Below, in pieces: positions 12,667 to 25,334 of a stretch of DNA of 64,000 nt (position 1 is its first letter; each line of letters begins with the position of its first letter). The position numbers were made by a program, and so were the translations under genes. Source of the stretch: Cystobasidiomycetes sp. EMM_F5 (lineage: Eukaryota); assembly GCA_051047955.1 (NCBI GenBank), contig JBPGPT010000025.1:124001-188000 (forward strand). Direction: 5' to 3'. Below the pieces are notes generated by a model. That model searched no databases. It was not told where the DNA came from and saw nothing but the letters and a program-made list of their open reading frames with translations.

Positions 12667-14256
12667 TCACCCGCCAGCTCGCCGTATACTCGCTCGCAAG
12701 ACTTGTCGGTTCTCGTCGTAGCGCTCTCTTCTGAATTCATCAAACTCCACCTCACTCCTCTGCCAGGCACCAGGTCGAGCCCGCCGAAGACTGGCAACAG
12801 CCTGCATCTCCGTCACTCCTTCAGGTCGACGTATAACGACACGGTCGTCCAGCCAGTCGTAGGCTTCCATGTCTTCCTGACTCGCCAAAAAGGGCACGTT
12901 GCAGATGATACCCGCAGATACGCTCGAACTCGCCTTGTCAATGTGATACGCCTTGTCGGCAAATGCCGGTACGAGGATGTCGTTCTCCCGAAGCGTCGAA
13001 TAGAAGTCGGGATACATGGCCTCGCTCCGTCTTTCAACGACATGCCTCAACAGCTTTGGCGTAACGACATCGCCATGGTCTTGACCAAGCAACGTCAGGA
13101 TGAAACGATCGTCTGATGAAACCAACGGAAGTAGTTCTGTTGCATCGCCGTTGAGAGAGTAGCCAAATATCTCTGGGTTGACTGCAAGCAGACGACCAAA
13201 GTCAGCGGAAAGGCTACAATCATTCCATCACAGGTTCACGCACACATAATCTCCTGTTCCAGATCTCGAAAGACGCCTGCGTAATCTCTGCGGTGCGCTT
13301 CTATGTTTCCTTGAATGATTGCCCTCGAGAGGCGAGGCTTTTCATGCAGTACTAATGGCGACGACGTAGAAGACAGCGGAAAGATGGGTGCAATAAAGTC
13401 AATGTCGACGTTTGAGAAAGGCCACGTTTCGAGATCCGTCGAGCCTGGCTCAAAGCCGAGCGCCTGGAGGATAGCACCAAAAATGTGAGGAGAGAGAACG
13501 TATATGTCAAGGGCATCTCTCTCTGCCAAGTCGGCCATAAGGTTGTAAATATTCATGAGGTTGAATGCTTCGTGCACAAGGCATCCAATCCTAAACTTGT
13601 GTCTACGCTTGTCCCAAATGTCGAGCAGCTGCTGGCCCTGCCGTTCTAAAGTGTACTCGCACGAAGCGAGAATGACCAGGTCCAGCCTGGCATCTGCATC
13701 AGACTCGTCTGCGAGCCGAGTAGGCAGATCATCCCATGGCAGAACGGTGCCATTGTAGAATGAGTCCGAGATTTCTTCGAAACCCCACCTCCAGCCATTC
13801 CTGAATAGCTGAATGTTGGCTTCGGGGATTTCTGAGAGCGTATACAGGACTGCTCCCAGGACTGTTAAACGAAGAACAATCTATTAGTCCTGAAAGTTTC
13901 CGGTAGCGAAACATCCGCTTACCCTCATCGTGCACACCCCAGTACTCTGACACTGCCACGTTAAAGCCAGCAGTGGGGGGAGACGCGACCCACGTCCCGT
14001 TTGTAGAGCTTTGTATTGTTTCATGCGATGCCACAACGGGCCATTGGGCATGTTTGGGGGATTGCCCAGTCCGATTCGGCTCGTTCAACAATTCCCACGC
14101 TTGCATAGGATGATTTGGCGTCTTTACGAGCATCGAAGTACAGAGAATGGTCGTCACGACAGCCAGCGCCGCTAGACCCCTTCCCACGTCCGACCAAGGC
14201 GGACTGCACCAGCTCCAGTCGTGCTCGTCGCGACCGTACATGACATGATCTCGCAT
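12667..14256 (-). CDS. Uncharacterised type II membrane protein, probable GT-B-fold glycosyltransferase (about 3 exons)
   Basis: N-terminal TM (LAALAVVTTILCTSMLV), then VSEYWGVHDE|V..., LDLVILASCE, CLVHE, VLSPHI, IIQGNIEAHRRDY, DILVPAFADKAYHIDKASSSVSAGIICNVPFLA. The last segment resembles the C-terminal nucleotide-binding region of GT-B enzymes. The family is inferred. Confidence 0.55.
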
Positions 14257-14539
14257 CTCAGCTCGCTGCGAACTGATATTGGACGTCGTCAGAAAGTCAG
14301 CAGCTCAGCTTCAGCTTCGTCAGTCCACGGCTTTGCGAGAAGTTGTTTACAAGACCGATCAGGGGTTTGAAAGGGTCCGTGCCTGAAAAGAAAAATAAAC
14401 GAAGGTTATTTACCAAGGCATGGACAGATTTGTCGAAGATTTGCTGGGATCTCTTCACACAACGCTGTCAAGCTTCGCCTGCCTTCAAATCACGCTTCCG
14501 CAATGACCTTGTCGGACATCGGCTCAACTTAGCCCTCAA

Positions 14540-16558
14540 CTACGCTTCGTCCATCTCGTCGTCATCATCGTCTGGTCCGTTCTGCTCAATCTCGGCAGCC
14601 AGCTCGCGCTCTCTTTCTCTTGCATCAGCGGCCTTGCTCAGCTCGCGTTGATGAGTGTTGGCAGGAAATCGCATGGCCTTGAGCGAGTCAGGTCCCGTCA
14701 GCGAGTCATTCAGGCGTAAATCGTGAACAGGAGACGCACCTTGATGCTCTCGTTGTGCAGTTGCAAGCAGAAGCCAATCCTCTGATGAAAGGCCTTTTGA
14801 GGCTCATTGGTGGCGTAAATATCTGCTACGTCCTTGGACTTCATGAAGCCCTTTTCATGTTCGAGAGAGGCTTCTATCACGCCGTCGCGAATGGCTTTTG
14901 CACACACATACTCTGCCTCCTCCTCGCCTTCGAGATGGAGCTTTTTACAAATCTCTTGTAGGGGAATCCGTGAGTAGGCCAGCGAAAGTGATCGCAAGGC
15001 CGTCTTGATAACGTTATGACGCAGTCGAAGGATGAGTGTGTATGTGCCATCAGCTGAAAACCGCTTCTGATGGCTTGACAGAGCTGTAGTGAATGCCGAC
15101 AGATCGCCAACTCGGACAGCTGCACAAACGGGGCATAAATCAACAACATGCGTAATGACGTTGTCAGCTAAGGAAAAGCATACCCTGTACAATCTGTAGG
15201 TAGGGTTGAAGAGCCTTCTTGAGGACTGGCTGGCGGAAGACAGCCCGATCTGGTATATCACCCATTAGGAGCTCGACGGTAATGAAGAGTTTGTAGACCT
15301 GTTGGAGGCGCAGGCAGGTGTATCAGTCCGCTTGCACTATTGTAGTGATTTAGTGATTACGTTACAGGACTGACCGTCTGCAAAAACCCTGGCGCGACTT
15401 TGGCATTGGGCGCACGACGAATGGCTTGTTGCAAATGGGTATGCGCTTCCGTGTAGTTCAGCTGGATGGCCCGGATTCTACCGACGTAATACAACCAGCG
15501 AGCCAATTGCGGGTTGCCCGCTCCGTCTGGAAACTGCGTCTTGGCAATGAGCTTGTCGGCCTGGTCATACAGGTTGTAGGCAAAGTAGTTGCGCAGAAGA
15601 AGGTTGAGAACCGTGGCCTGCAAGTCGTCGTCGTGTCGCAATGCGGCAACGCGCTGGACTGCCAAAAGTTGGCTAGAAGTGTTAAATGTAGAGTGTTAGG
15701 CTGCAGACGTCCCTAGTCTCGTGTGGGAATCCGTGACTTACGGTCTGATACTGGAAAGCGTTGATGGCCCTCCCACAGACTCGTGCAGTCTGCTGTACTG
15801 AAAGTAGACTCTGGCAGCTAGCTGGTCCATCGTACGTCTGTTGAGTCTGCCAATCCGGCTGACGGTAGCATCGGCAAGTTCCAAGCTCTGCATACCATCA
15901 GACCGTCAGTCACCCCGAAAGACAGACTTCACTACGCGACTACCTTTTGAGACTGCTTTGAATCGTGCAGGTAGAGTATGACGAGGTAGGTAATGTAAAT
16001 GTCGATTTCCGGAATGAAGGCGTCGTCTACTTTTTGCCCATCCACGCCAGGAGTGGCATTGCGTGTAGCCGCTGAGCTTGAGGCTGTCGCTGGCTTCTCC
16101 TTTGCAGAAGCAGACGTCTCCCCGTCCAGCTGCATGTCGCTGGCGGTGCCTTCCAGATATCCGAGCAGAAACGCACGCTGCTGGTCTCCTGATGGATTTA
16201 AAGCGAGTATTGAATCACAGATTGATTTAAACGTCGTTAGGATGCTTCATTCCGTCTGATAAAGTCGTCCCAGCCCCCCACCCTTTGGAAACGCCGTATC
16301 GACGATATCGCGCAAAGACGAGGCGTCCAGCCGGGCCCTCACGCTGGCAGTCGTCCGTATGACTTTGGTAGTGAGACGTGGCTCGAGGAGGCTGACGGCT
16401 GAGCGCAGCAGTGTCAGATTGTGGGCGACATCAGTCTGGACGGTGTTGACGATATTGCTGGCATCGGGCGTCGAGGTAGGCGATGTGCTGGATGCTGGAG
16501 CGTCCTTTCCATCCGACGGTGCAGCTTTCGCATCCTTTGCAGTCTTTTCGCTTGCCAT
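14540..16558 (-). CDS. RPN3: 26S proteasome lid subunit Rpn3/PSMD3, multi-exon
   Basis: [80 protein letters not shown]. Confidence 0.96.
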
Positions 16559-16773
16559 TGCTGTGTTGTTGCAAGTAAGAAACGCAACTCGATGACGCGG
16601 CAGAAACCAAAGGTTGTCTTTCATCCGATTAGGAGAGCTTCAATGGGAACTGACAAGCAACTGATTATCCACATTGATTACGCTGATGCTAAGACTAATG
16701 ATATACGCTCAAACTACGCTGACGGCCGAATAACCCCGCTCTATCTATCTACCTAACCTTGGCTACCCTCCCA

Positions 16774-17397
16774 TCACAGCCGCGCCGCCCGACGGTACTG
16801 CCGGTTCTGTTGCATGGCCCTCATGTTGTCTGTGATGTCGTTTTCAGATACTTTGGGGTGTCGTGCAGCGTGCTCCGCAGCCTTTTGCGCAGCTCGCCTT
16901 TGACGGGCAGCGTAAACGGGGACGGCCGAGTTGGCGCAGGACGCTGAGTGATGCGGAGGTAGGTGTCAGCCCTGATTGTCACTGCTTCTTGCATGCTTCG
17001 GATCAAATAGCCTTACCAGGACCACTAGTCATGCTACCGGCTGCAGTGGTACCAGTGGTAACAGTCGTGTACACGCACTGTGTCGCTGAGTTGAACCCGT
17101 AACCACAAGTAATGGAAGTGCTCGTCGACGAAACGAGTGTTGGAGCTCTTCTGTAATCATCGATTGGGCATGTATAGCTGCTTGCGGTACTGTTAATTAC
17201 GTTTCAATGATCAGCAAGACTGGTGTCATGAGTGAGTTGTCAACTTACGTGGACTGCGGCGTAGCGGGTGGCATGGCCGCTGTCGTCGTAGTTGTAAATT
17301 GCCCAAATGCTCTCTTTTCGTGCCAGTACGGCTGCGCTGCTGATGCAACACAGGCCGCTAGGGAAAGAAGTGCAAAGAGGTTCACTGCGTAATGCAT
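16774..17397 (-). CDS. Small secreted Thr/Cys-containing protein (3 exons)
   Basis: Signal peptide MHYAVNLFALLSLAACVASA, KR site, Thr-rich stretch, 4-Cys module CPIDD...TCGY...QCVY...SCANSA, basic tail ending RRAARL*. Canonical splice sites keep the frame. Confidence 0.7.
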
Positions 17398-18248
17398 GTT
17401 TGATGTATGTGGTCGGGATGTAGGATGCTGCAGAAAATTAAGCCAGGTTGCTGACGAAGTAGACGAAGCAAAGAAGACAAGAGCAGGACGGAAGGCGGCA
17501 TATTCGTCTCGACTTTTAAAACCGCTCTCCGATGGTAGTAGGACCAGAGAATCAGCATCGCGCCTCGTGCTACCGCGCAATGCTAATTTTTGCGGAAGCA
17601 CACAGCATTATTTCAGAAGTGCGGCCTACTCCGCGCACTGTAATACGGTGTTGAAGCCTTCAAGACTTTTAAATGCCCGCATTGCAGTTCTATAAGGACT
17701 GGCTTACCACTACCGTACCGGAAAACAAAGTAGACCCACTTCTATGTTGTCGGATCTTCCGCCGTGTACCTGACTCTGTTAAGGCTGGACGATCTCATTG
17801 AAATTTTCGGAATGCGCGCTCCCAGCCTATGAGAAGTGAGCTTCCTGGAGGGCTAAGCCAGTCACTCACCTTTGCCACGGCTGGCGGCGTTGTCGATGGT
17901 GGATGGTTTGCATTTGTACGCATGTTGATGACCAATTGCAGTTTGAATAAACCCCATTGTACAGCTGACTATCGGTAGATCCTGTCTCTGAGGTCGTTCG
18001 CTTCGTTGGAGTTAGCAACGTGCATTAGCCAAACTCTGAAGGCAGCAACAGCGGTGCTTTGCGAGTTTATGACCAGCTCCCCCAACATTGCAAACGCGTT
18101 GTTTTTGTGGTGATTCCCCTGTGCGATGGGTAGTGTAGTGAGAAGCGACACCATGCCCTGTATTAACAGAGTTCTGCATCTCCCTGACGACTCTCATGTC
18201 GGGCTTCGACTAAAACGGTATACGAAAGGGTTACGCTACTTGACGTAT

Positions 18249-20091
18249 TCATGCCATTTTCTCCCACGTAATATCGCCTTGGCGATGACTCAGATTGGCA
18301 CTCCACTCACATGCTTGCTCGAGTGTGAGTTGCTTGTTGTCACTGAGCGCGAACGCAAAGGTATTGCCAGAGTCTTCGCCATCGAACAGAAGCTGGCATG
18401 TGCCTTCACGTTAGCGAAACTGGAGATGAGGATCTGTATCCACCGACTAACACTTGGAGGCAGGTCTTTCCAGGGCGTGTCTGTTTCGGGTGATGACACG
18501 ACGCAGTGCATCTCGCCCCAGTATACATCACCGCTAGTCCGCCATAGGTGGTAGTATGATACAATCACTCTGCGGTCCTCCACGCAGACAGTCAAGTCGG
18601 GCACCCTGTCGTTACGATGAGTCCCGACCGCTTCTGCCTTGCGGTAGACGCTCATGTCTCGCTGTATAGCCAGCGGGAGCTTGTCTATCGGAGTATTGTA
18701 TTTGAATACGTGCATTCTGCCACTCGACGGATGCGTGTATACACCGCACAGCTGACTGATGTCAAGCTTTGGTGGTCTGTTTTGATCTGTTGATGGAAAT
18801 GACGCGGGTCCTATGTTGTAGCGGTATGGATGATCTTTACGGAGTCTGAAGATCAGCCATCAGTTCAAAGTCATGTTATCAATATCGACAGGTCACAGTG
18901 CTGACCTGGTCGCCCAATCAATGCTGCTTATATCAAAGTGCAATTCCATGGCCCTGAGCCCAACCAGCCATCCAAGTGTCCCTCCCACACGTTCGACGTT
19001 GGTAAGTATGGTGATTCCAAAGTCGCTACCGGGTGACCAAACTGTGAATGCGCCAGCACCCGGCATATCGCCTTCATGGCAGCATACGTCTATTCCGCTG
19101 TAGGACAAACAGTCAGGTCATGCTTGTGTCTGCTCACGTAAAACCATACCGCAATGTGAATCGCTGAACCCCGAGACCATATGTCGGTGCAGAGAACTCG
19201 CAGTATGCTGCTACTCCTCTCTCGCCTATGAAAGCGCCTTGTATGCGTGAGAGGGTCTGTGCGGTGACGATCTTGCTGAACGCATCGTGGCTGATGCAGG
19301 GATCAGTGTGGGGAGGCGCATTGCGAGAAAGCCGTAGCAAGAAGCTGAGCCATTTTGCCATGTCGCCTGCGGAAGAATGGATACCTCCCGCATAGCCGCA
19401 CGGGTTCTCGGCGGCCAAACTCGTTTGCACCGATGTAAACCAGTGCACAATGCCGTCCTGCGTCGCAACTGCACCGGGTACTTGTCTATCCGCATTCAGC
19501 GATGGGTCAAAGCTCGTCGACGCCATGCTCAACTTGTCGAAGACGTTTTTCCGGAAGAAGGTCTCGATGTCGTCTCCGCTAAGACGGCCGATGATGAAGC
19601 AGAGGATAGCGAAAGGCTCGTTCTGATAGTTGAAGTCACGAAGCAGATCTCCGGTAAATCTGATGGACGCAAAGTTTTCGCACATGTCGGTCAACTTCAG
19701 TGAGGTAGGCTGGAGGTCAAAAGCTCTATTGAAGGTCATCAGCAGTCATGCATCGATATGGTGGCTGACTTGGAACTCACAAAGGCTGCTTGCCAATGAC
19801 GTGACATAACAAGTCTTGAACTTGTATGGTACTTTCCGTATGCTTGTTGAGCATGGAAAACTCGGGCAGTATGGGTTTGACGGTGTCATCCCATCTCACC
19901 TTGCCTTGATCTACGAGCATGCCCATGCCGATAGCGATGAACAGTTTCGTATTCGAGCATACCTGGTATACAGTGTCGACTTTACCGGCGCCAAAGGCCA
20001 GACATGTCCCGTCTGCCAAGCTGACGGTGACAGCGGGGACGCTGTATTGTTTGCTGAGCGTTTCGACGTAGGCTACCAAGTTGGGATCCAT
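18249..20091 (-). CDS. Beta-lactamase/AmpC-like serine hydrolase (penicillin-binding fold), paralogue 1, multi-exon
   Basis: SxxK (CSNTKLF), LVDQGKVRWDD, DLLCH, YxN (FNYQNEPF), AGGIHSSAGDMAKWL, HxG (CHEGDMPG). No signal peptide. Last exon ends WEKMA*. Confidence 0.85.
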
Positions 20092-20730
20092 TGTGTCAGT
20101 AGGGTCGCACAGAGGGAGGTCCAGACATCAGTGTGTTATGGCTGAACGTGGACCGTAGCCGACGACTTCGGCAACTTCAACAACGTCAAGCGAGCTGCCT
20201 CGACTGTCGAACATCATCTGGCAGCGTTAACTTGAGTTGCAGCGTCTCTCTCGAGGCTTGTATTGGCTTGCCAAGCCTCCGTCAGTCCAGTTGTCAGGTC
20301 AGATTGGCGATATGTGGGAGCCAGTCTGGTCTGGTCTGTATCTTTCCCGCCGAGCGAGAGAGCTTCTCTTCATGCAGCACAGTCGCAGTATCTATTTCAT
20401 CAGATTCTTTGCATGCATTCTATCGCTTTGGAGCTGACCCTCTGCTGACTGTGATGGCTAATGAACACCAAACCTGACCTGCGACGAGCTGACCACAGAC
20501 TACGCTGCCGATATACATACAGACTGACTGCAGCGCATGCTCATAATGGCTTCGTGTAATACCATCAACGCAGTAGCGCGGGAAGAATAGTCCATGCTGC
20601 TTTTACGGCGCAAGATGGCGCAATACTATACAACAGGACTGCAACAGATATGACGCAATGAAGAAAGAAGGCTGCTTGCTGAGCTGCTGCTATCCTCCTT
20701 CTTGTCTCCCCATTTTCAGCAACTCGCAAA

Positions 20731-22434
20731 ATGCGCATAAGCCTCTTCTCCGCAACAGCCCTTCTGGCTGTAGTCAATCTATCTGAAGCTCGTGTACTGC
20801 AGCACAGGCAGTCCAACATCACTTCTACGGGCAACAGTACTACTTCCAATGGCAGCAATAGCTCGGTTATCAATATCGATGATAATCCCGTTGGTGCCTT
20901 GAATACCGCCGCCTGGGCTATCATAGTCAGTCAAGCTGTTTCACCCTGTCAACACTCGCGCTAAAGTACAAACAGTATACCTACCCGCTTGCCATCTTTG
21001 CGAACGTAGTTGGTGGAATCTTGCGCACTAATACCGTCAATACTTTGGCTAATCAGCTATATCTGGCGTCACCGGTGAGCGGAAGAGCTTGATTGCAGCT
21101 TCCTAGCGCGGAATAACTAGATTTACCTCAACAGGACGTTACTGGAGTTATCAAGCCAAACGTAGACGTGCTATACTCTCGCATCGCAGTTGATCTTTCA
21201 GCAGGCGACTTGGTACTGACTATCCCGTCAGTTCCCTCGAATCGATATGCCGTCTGGCCCTTATATGATCCCTACGGCAATGTCATTGTAGAATTGGGAA
21301 CAGTCAACAACAGCACCGCAGGTGACTATCTAATCCATCTTGACCGCACAGGAACTGCTCCATTCGGTCTGGTCAATGTGACAAATAGCACGTCCCCCTA
21401 CAAAGGCATAATCAACACATATTCAGTCTACAACACTGGCCTGGTCCGCTTTGCGGTTCTGACAAATTCTACCGAGGACATCGACCAAATCCACGCACTT
21501 CAGAACGTTACAAGATTGCAGGTCGTACCACGAAATGGTACAACAAATACCACAAGCTTGCCTTCTTTGACGTCCGTCACAAACGGATCGTTCCTGGGCA
21601 TAGCATCGCCTGCTCAGCAGCTTGCCTTTGCTGCTCAGATTGTCCAGTATGCGCCTCCACCCGTCTCTGCAGAACGGTCTCGAGTGTACAGCAACATTGC
21701 TGCTGCTGGTGTGCAAAATGGCACCTTCGTCGCATCCAACAGCGTCAACTACACTGCCGCAGCTGCTATAGCCAATGCATCGATTCTAGCGGATATCTCT
21801 GCCCCGTCACACCAGCGGCCACAGGGAAACAATTGGACCCTCCCTATTCCTTCGTACCAAGGCTACTTTGGAACACATTGTGAGTTCTCGAACTTTGTAC
21901 AGATAGACGGGACGGAGGGTATACTGACAGGTTTTCGCAGACGCCTCCGCTGCGTATGTCGCGCTGTATGGGTATCAACAGCAGACGGTCAAGCAGACTC
22001 TGTATCCCGGATACAACAGTCTAGGTTATACTACAATCTTCAATCTTCCAGCTAACACATCGGTACTCGTCACTTTCAGCGGCAAGCCACCGGTACTCTA
22101 CCCTGGATTCTGGTCGTTAAGCGTCTACGGCTCCGACCAACAGCTAGTTCGCAATAGCCTGTACAGGTTCAAGGTTGGTTCAGCAAGCAACCAGCTGGTA
22201 TATCGCAATGGACGGTCCATCTACGGCGCCAACGCTAGCGTTTCTGATAACGGACCCTTCGACATTCTCATTCAGCCCGCCAATCTCCCACCGCCTGCCA
22301 ATTGGACTTCCAACTGGTTGCCAGGCGACGTCACATTCTCATGGCTGCTAAGGTGGTACATTGGATCAGATAACATTACGAATGGTGCTTACGTATATCC
22401 GCAAGTTCGCCAAATTCCTGCAATCTTGGCTTAG
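20731..22434 (+). CDS. Secreted DUF1254 + DUF1214 domain protein (4 exons)
   Basis: Signal peptide MRISLFSATALLAVVNLSEA. VIKPNVDVLYSRIAVDLS...RYAVWPLYDPYGN is DUF1254-like. GFWSLSVYGSDQQLVRN...NWLPG..FSWLLRWY is DUF1214-like. Many N-x-S/T sequons. Confidence 0.85.
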
Positions 22435-22598
22435 TGCAGAGGGTCTGTGCATAGTTTGCTGGAAACCTACAACAAACAAGCATAATATTTAGTGCTACAA
22501 GTGTGAACGTATAACGTAAAGATTGCAGAGCCTAGATGATAGCTTCATGTGTGCCTTGCTAGATGCAGTAAAGAGACGCTATCCATAGCAATGACTGT

Positions 22599-24461
22599 CT
22601 ATTCAATTTTCGTCCAGGTTATGCAGCCTTGACCATCAATTAGATTGGCGCACCAGCCAAATGCCATCTCGAGCTTGACGGAGCCTGCACATCGAGAGAA
22701 TGCGAAAGTATCGCCTGACTCCTGACCGCCGTACATCACCTGTATACATAGGAAAAGTTCAAATGCATTAATTAAGCTGGGTTGCCGAGCACACGTATCG
22801 GACTTACATGTCTGGGCAGACACTTCCAAGGCTCTGCCGCATTCAGTCCCGGCAGCACCCAATGTACCTCGGCCCAGTAGGTATCGCCTGCCGCAGCCCA
22901 GAGATTATAGCAAGACCTGATGAGGGTCTGTTCCTCAAAGCAAGCAGTCAACAGCGGCACAACGTCTGAGCGCGGACTGCCAGCCATGTCTGCGGTGCGA
23001 AAATGGGTGACAACGGATAGGATGTCCCTTGGCAATTGGTCGCTTGGCGTGTTTGAAGGGAAGATGTGCATGCGCACACCACCCGGATTCCGATATACAC
23101 CACACACGGTCTGCAAGCTCAGCGAAGGATCATGAGGCAAGATGAGGGCGGGGTAGATTGCAGGATCCATATCTAGTCGTGATTTACGATGCTGTAGAAA
23201 CCTGCGGACTCGTGCTTAGTCTCGAAGCTACGGTCAGCACGTTCAGCCGCACCGATTGTTCCAGTCTATGGGGGTCAGACCAAAATGAAGCTCGAAAGCC
23301 TTTAGAGCAATCATCCATCCAATCGTTCCGCCAACTCTCTGAAAGTTTGTTAGGACGGTTATCCCAAAGTCGCGGCCGGGAGACCACATTGTACAGGATC
23401 CCGCGCCAGGCAACCCGCCCTCGTGTCCGCACAAGTCTATACCGCTGAAAACTGACAATCAGCGAGTAGGTTCTTGTGAGCTTGTTGGAGCGCACCAGAG
23501 TGTAAAGCGTTGTACTGCCATTGCATAAGTAGCAGCGGAGAACTCAGGATACGACGAGCGACCTTTCGGAACAACGAAGACTGTCTGTAAGGTGGACAGG
23601 GTCTGTGCGGTAATGATTTCCGCAAAAGTGTCTCCAGTCAAGTCTGGATCCATAGGCAAACGTTCTCCGCGCGAGAGGCGCAATAGATACGAGATCCATT
23701 TCGACATGTCGCCCGTCGTCGATGTAAGGCCGCCAGATGCGGCGAAAGGGTTGTCGGATTGGAGACCAGATAAGTACGGCTTGAACCAGTGAACATCTCC
23801 GCCAGGAAGCGAGACTGCGCCTTGTATTTGCTCTCTAAGGTTATTTGACGGATCGAATGAGGTACATGACATGCCCAGTCTGTTAAATACGCGAGAGCGA
23901 AAGAAGTCTTCGAGGCTTTGCCCCGATATGCGATGAATGATGACAGATGCGAGCGCGAACGGCTCGTTCTGATAGTCGAAGCCTTGATGTATTTCGCCAT
24001 GAAATCTCGTAATTGCGAAATTATCCAAGATGTCTGACGTCCCCAGCGTCAAAGGAAGCAGATAGAACGCTCTGTCGACGGATTTACAGAAGGTGGAAGG
24101 GATTCTCAGTCTGCGAAAGGGAGATTGCGGATTGTGACCATGCGCACAGAGGTTGGCTACCAATGACATGGCTGAAGAGATCTCGAACACGGATAGAGCT
24201 TTCGGTGTGCTTGTTCTGCATACGAAACTCGGGCAAGATGGACACGATGCGGTCGTCCCAGCTCAGCTTGCCCTCGTCGACGAGAAGGCCAACACCGACG
24301 GGGATGAAGAGCTTGGTGTTTGATCCAACGGGAAAGACAGAGTCAGCCGTCACTCGAGCTCCAAAGGTCTGGGATGTCCCGTTAGCCAGGCTGATTGCCA
24401 TTGCCTGCACGCCATGTTTCCCAGCGAGGTGCTGCGCATAGGCAGACAGAGCTGGGTCCAT
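22599..24461 (-). CDS. Beta-lactamase/AmpC-like serine hydrolase, paralogue 2, multi-exon
   Basis: GSNTKLF, LVDEGKLSWDD, DLFSH, FDYQNEPF, SGGLTSTTGDMSKWI, CGHEGGLPG. Same exon layout as paralogue 1; ends WTKIE*. Confidence 0.85.
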
Positions 24462-25334
24462 GAAGACGACAGCCAGGCGATATAGAGGCGCTGGACACTC
24501 TCAGCACATTATCAGCTGATTCCTGTTGACGGCATGTTGCAGTCTTGCGCAGCCTTGCACGGCTCAAACTGTTCCAACTTCAATGCAATCTGATGGGCGC
24601 TCGAGCTGACCGAGTGCTTACAACTGATGGGCTAATGCGCTTTCGAGACTCCAACACACCCTACAGTCGATAAAGACGAGCTTCGTTCTCTCACACGCTC
24701 TGCGTCGAACACGGGCTGCCTTCAAGGTCTCATCTCCCTCAGCTGCAGCTTGACAACCTTGTGGTCACCTCAACATACGGCGCTGAGGCTGCCCGTACCA
24801 CCATAGAAACGGTGTGTGATTGGGAGGATGCGCTCCGCCTTTCTATGATGCAATGCACGTAACCACATCGTGCTATTTATAGACCCATTGCGTCCTGAAT
24901 GATGTCCCGCATCCTATGACAGCCTACGACAGCGACGCGGAAGCTGTTCCGCTCCTTCCCCGAGTGCGAGCCGACAGCTTGACACATCTGACTGGCTGTT
25001 CGAAATATCCAGCGCGTCATATAGTCATTCTCTGAAACATCCGCCTCGTGGTGACCCAATTTACCGCAGTGGTGCAAAATTCGGCATTGAGATGAGCTGA
25101 ATATAACATCCCGGTCAGCGTTATGAACGCATAGAGAAGCCTTCCTCTGACGTCGTTGCGGACTGTTACCTATGACGCGGTGGGGTGGATAGACGGTGTA
25201 CGCGTTCCAAAATTGCTTATATACCAGTCCTGCTCCTCCCTCCTTTGCCTTTTTTTCCTCAGCAGCATACACGAAAGCTACAGCTCCTACCAACCTCTCC
25301 ACTCCTCTTCTCATAGCTCATCTACAGCGTCACA

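Noticed and set aside
16625..16760. Several TGAT/CTGA words upstream of RPN3, suggesting a C/D snoRNA
   Set aside because: No clear box C/D pair with a terminal stem or recognisable guide. More likely promoter or 3' UTR sequence.
18290..18715. Apparent stand-alone ORFs or pseudogene fragments around the beta-lactamase-like genes
   Set aside because: They are exons. Canonical introns join them into complete, mutually alignable proteins.
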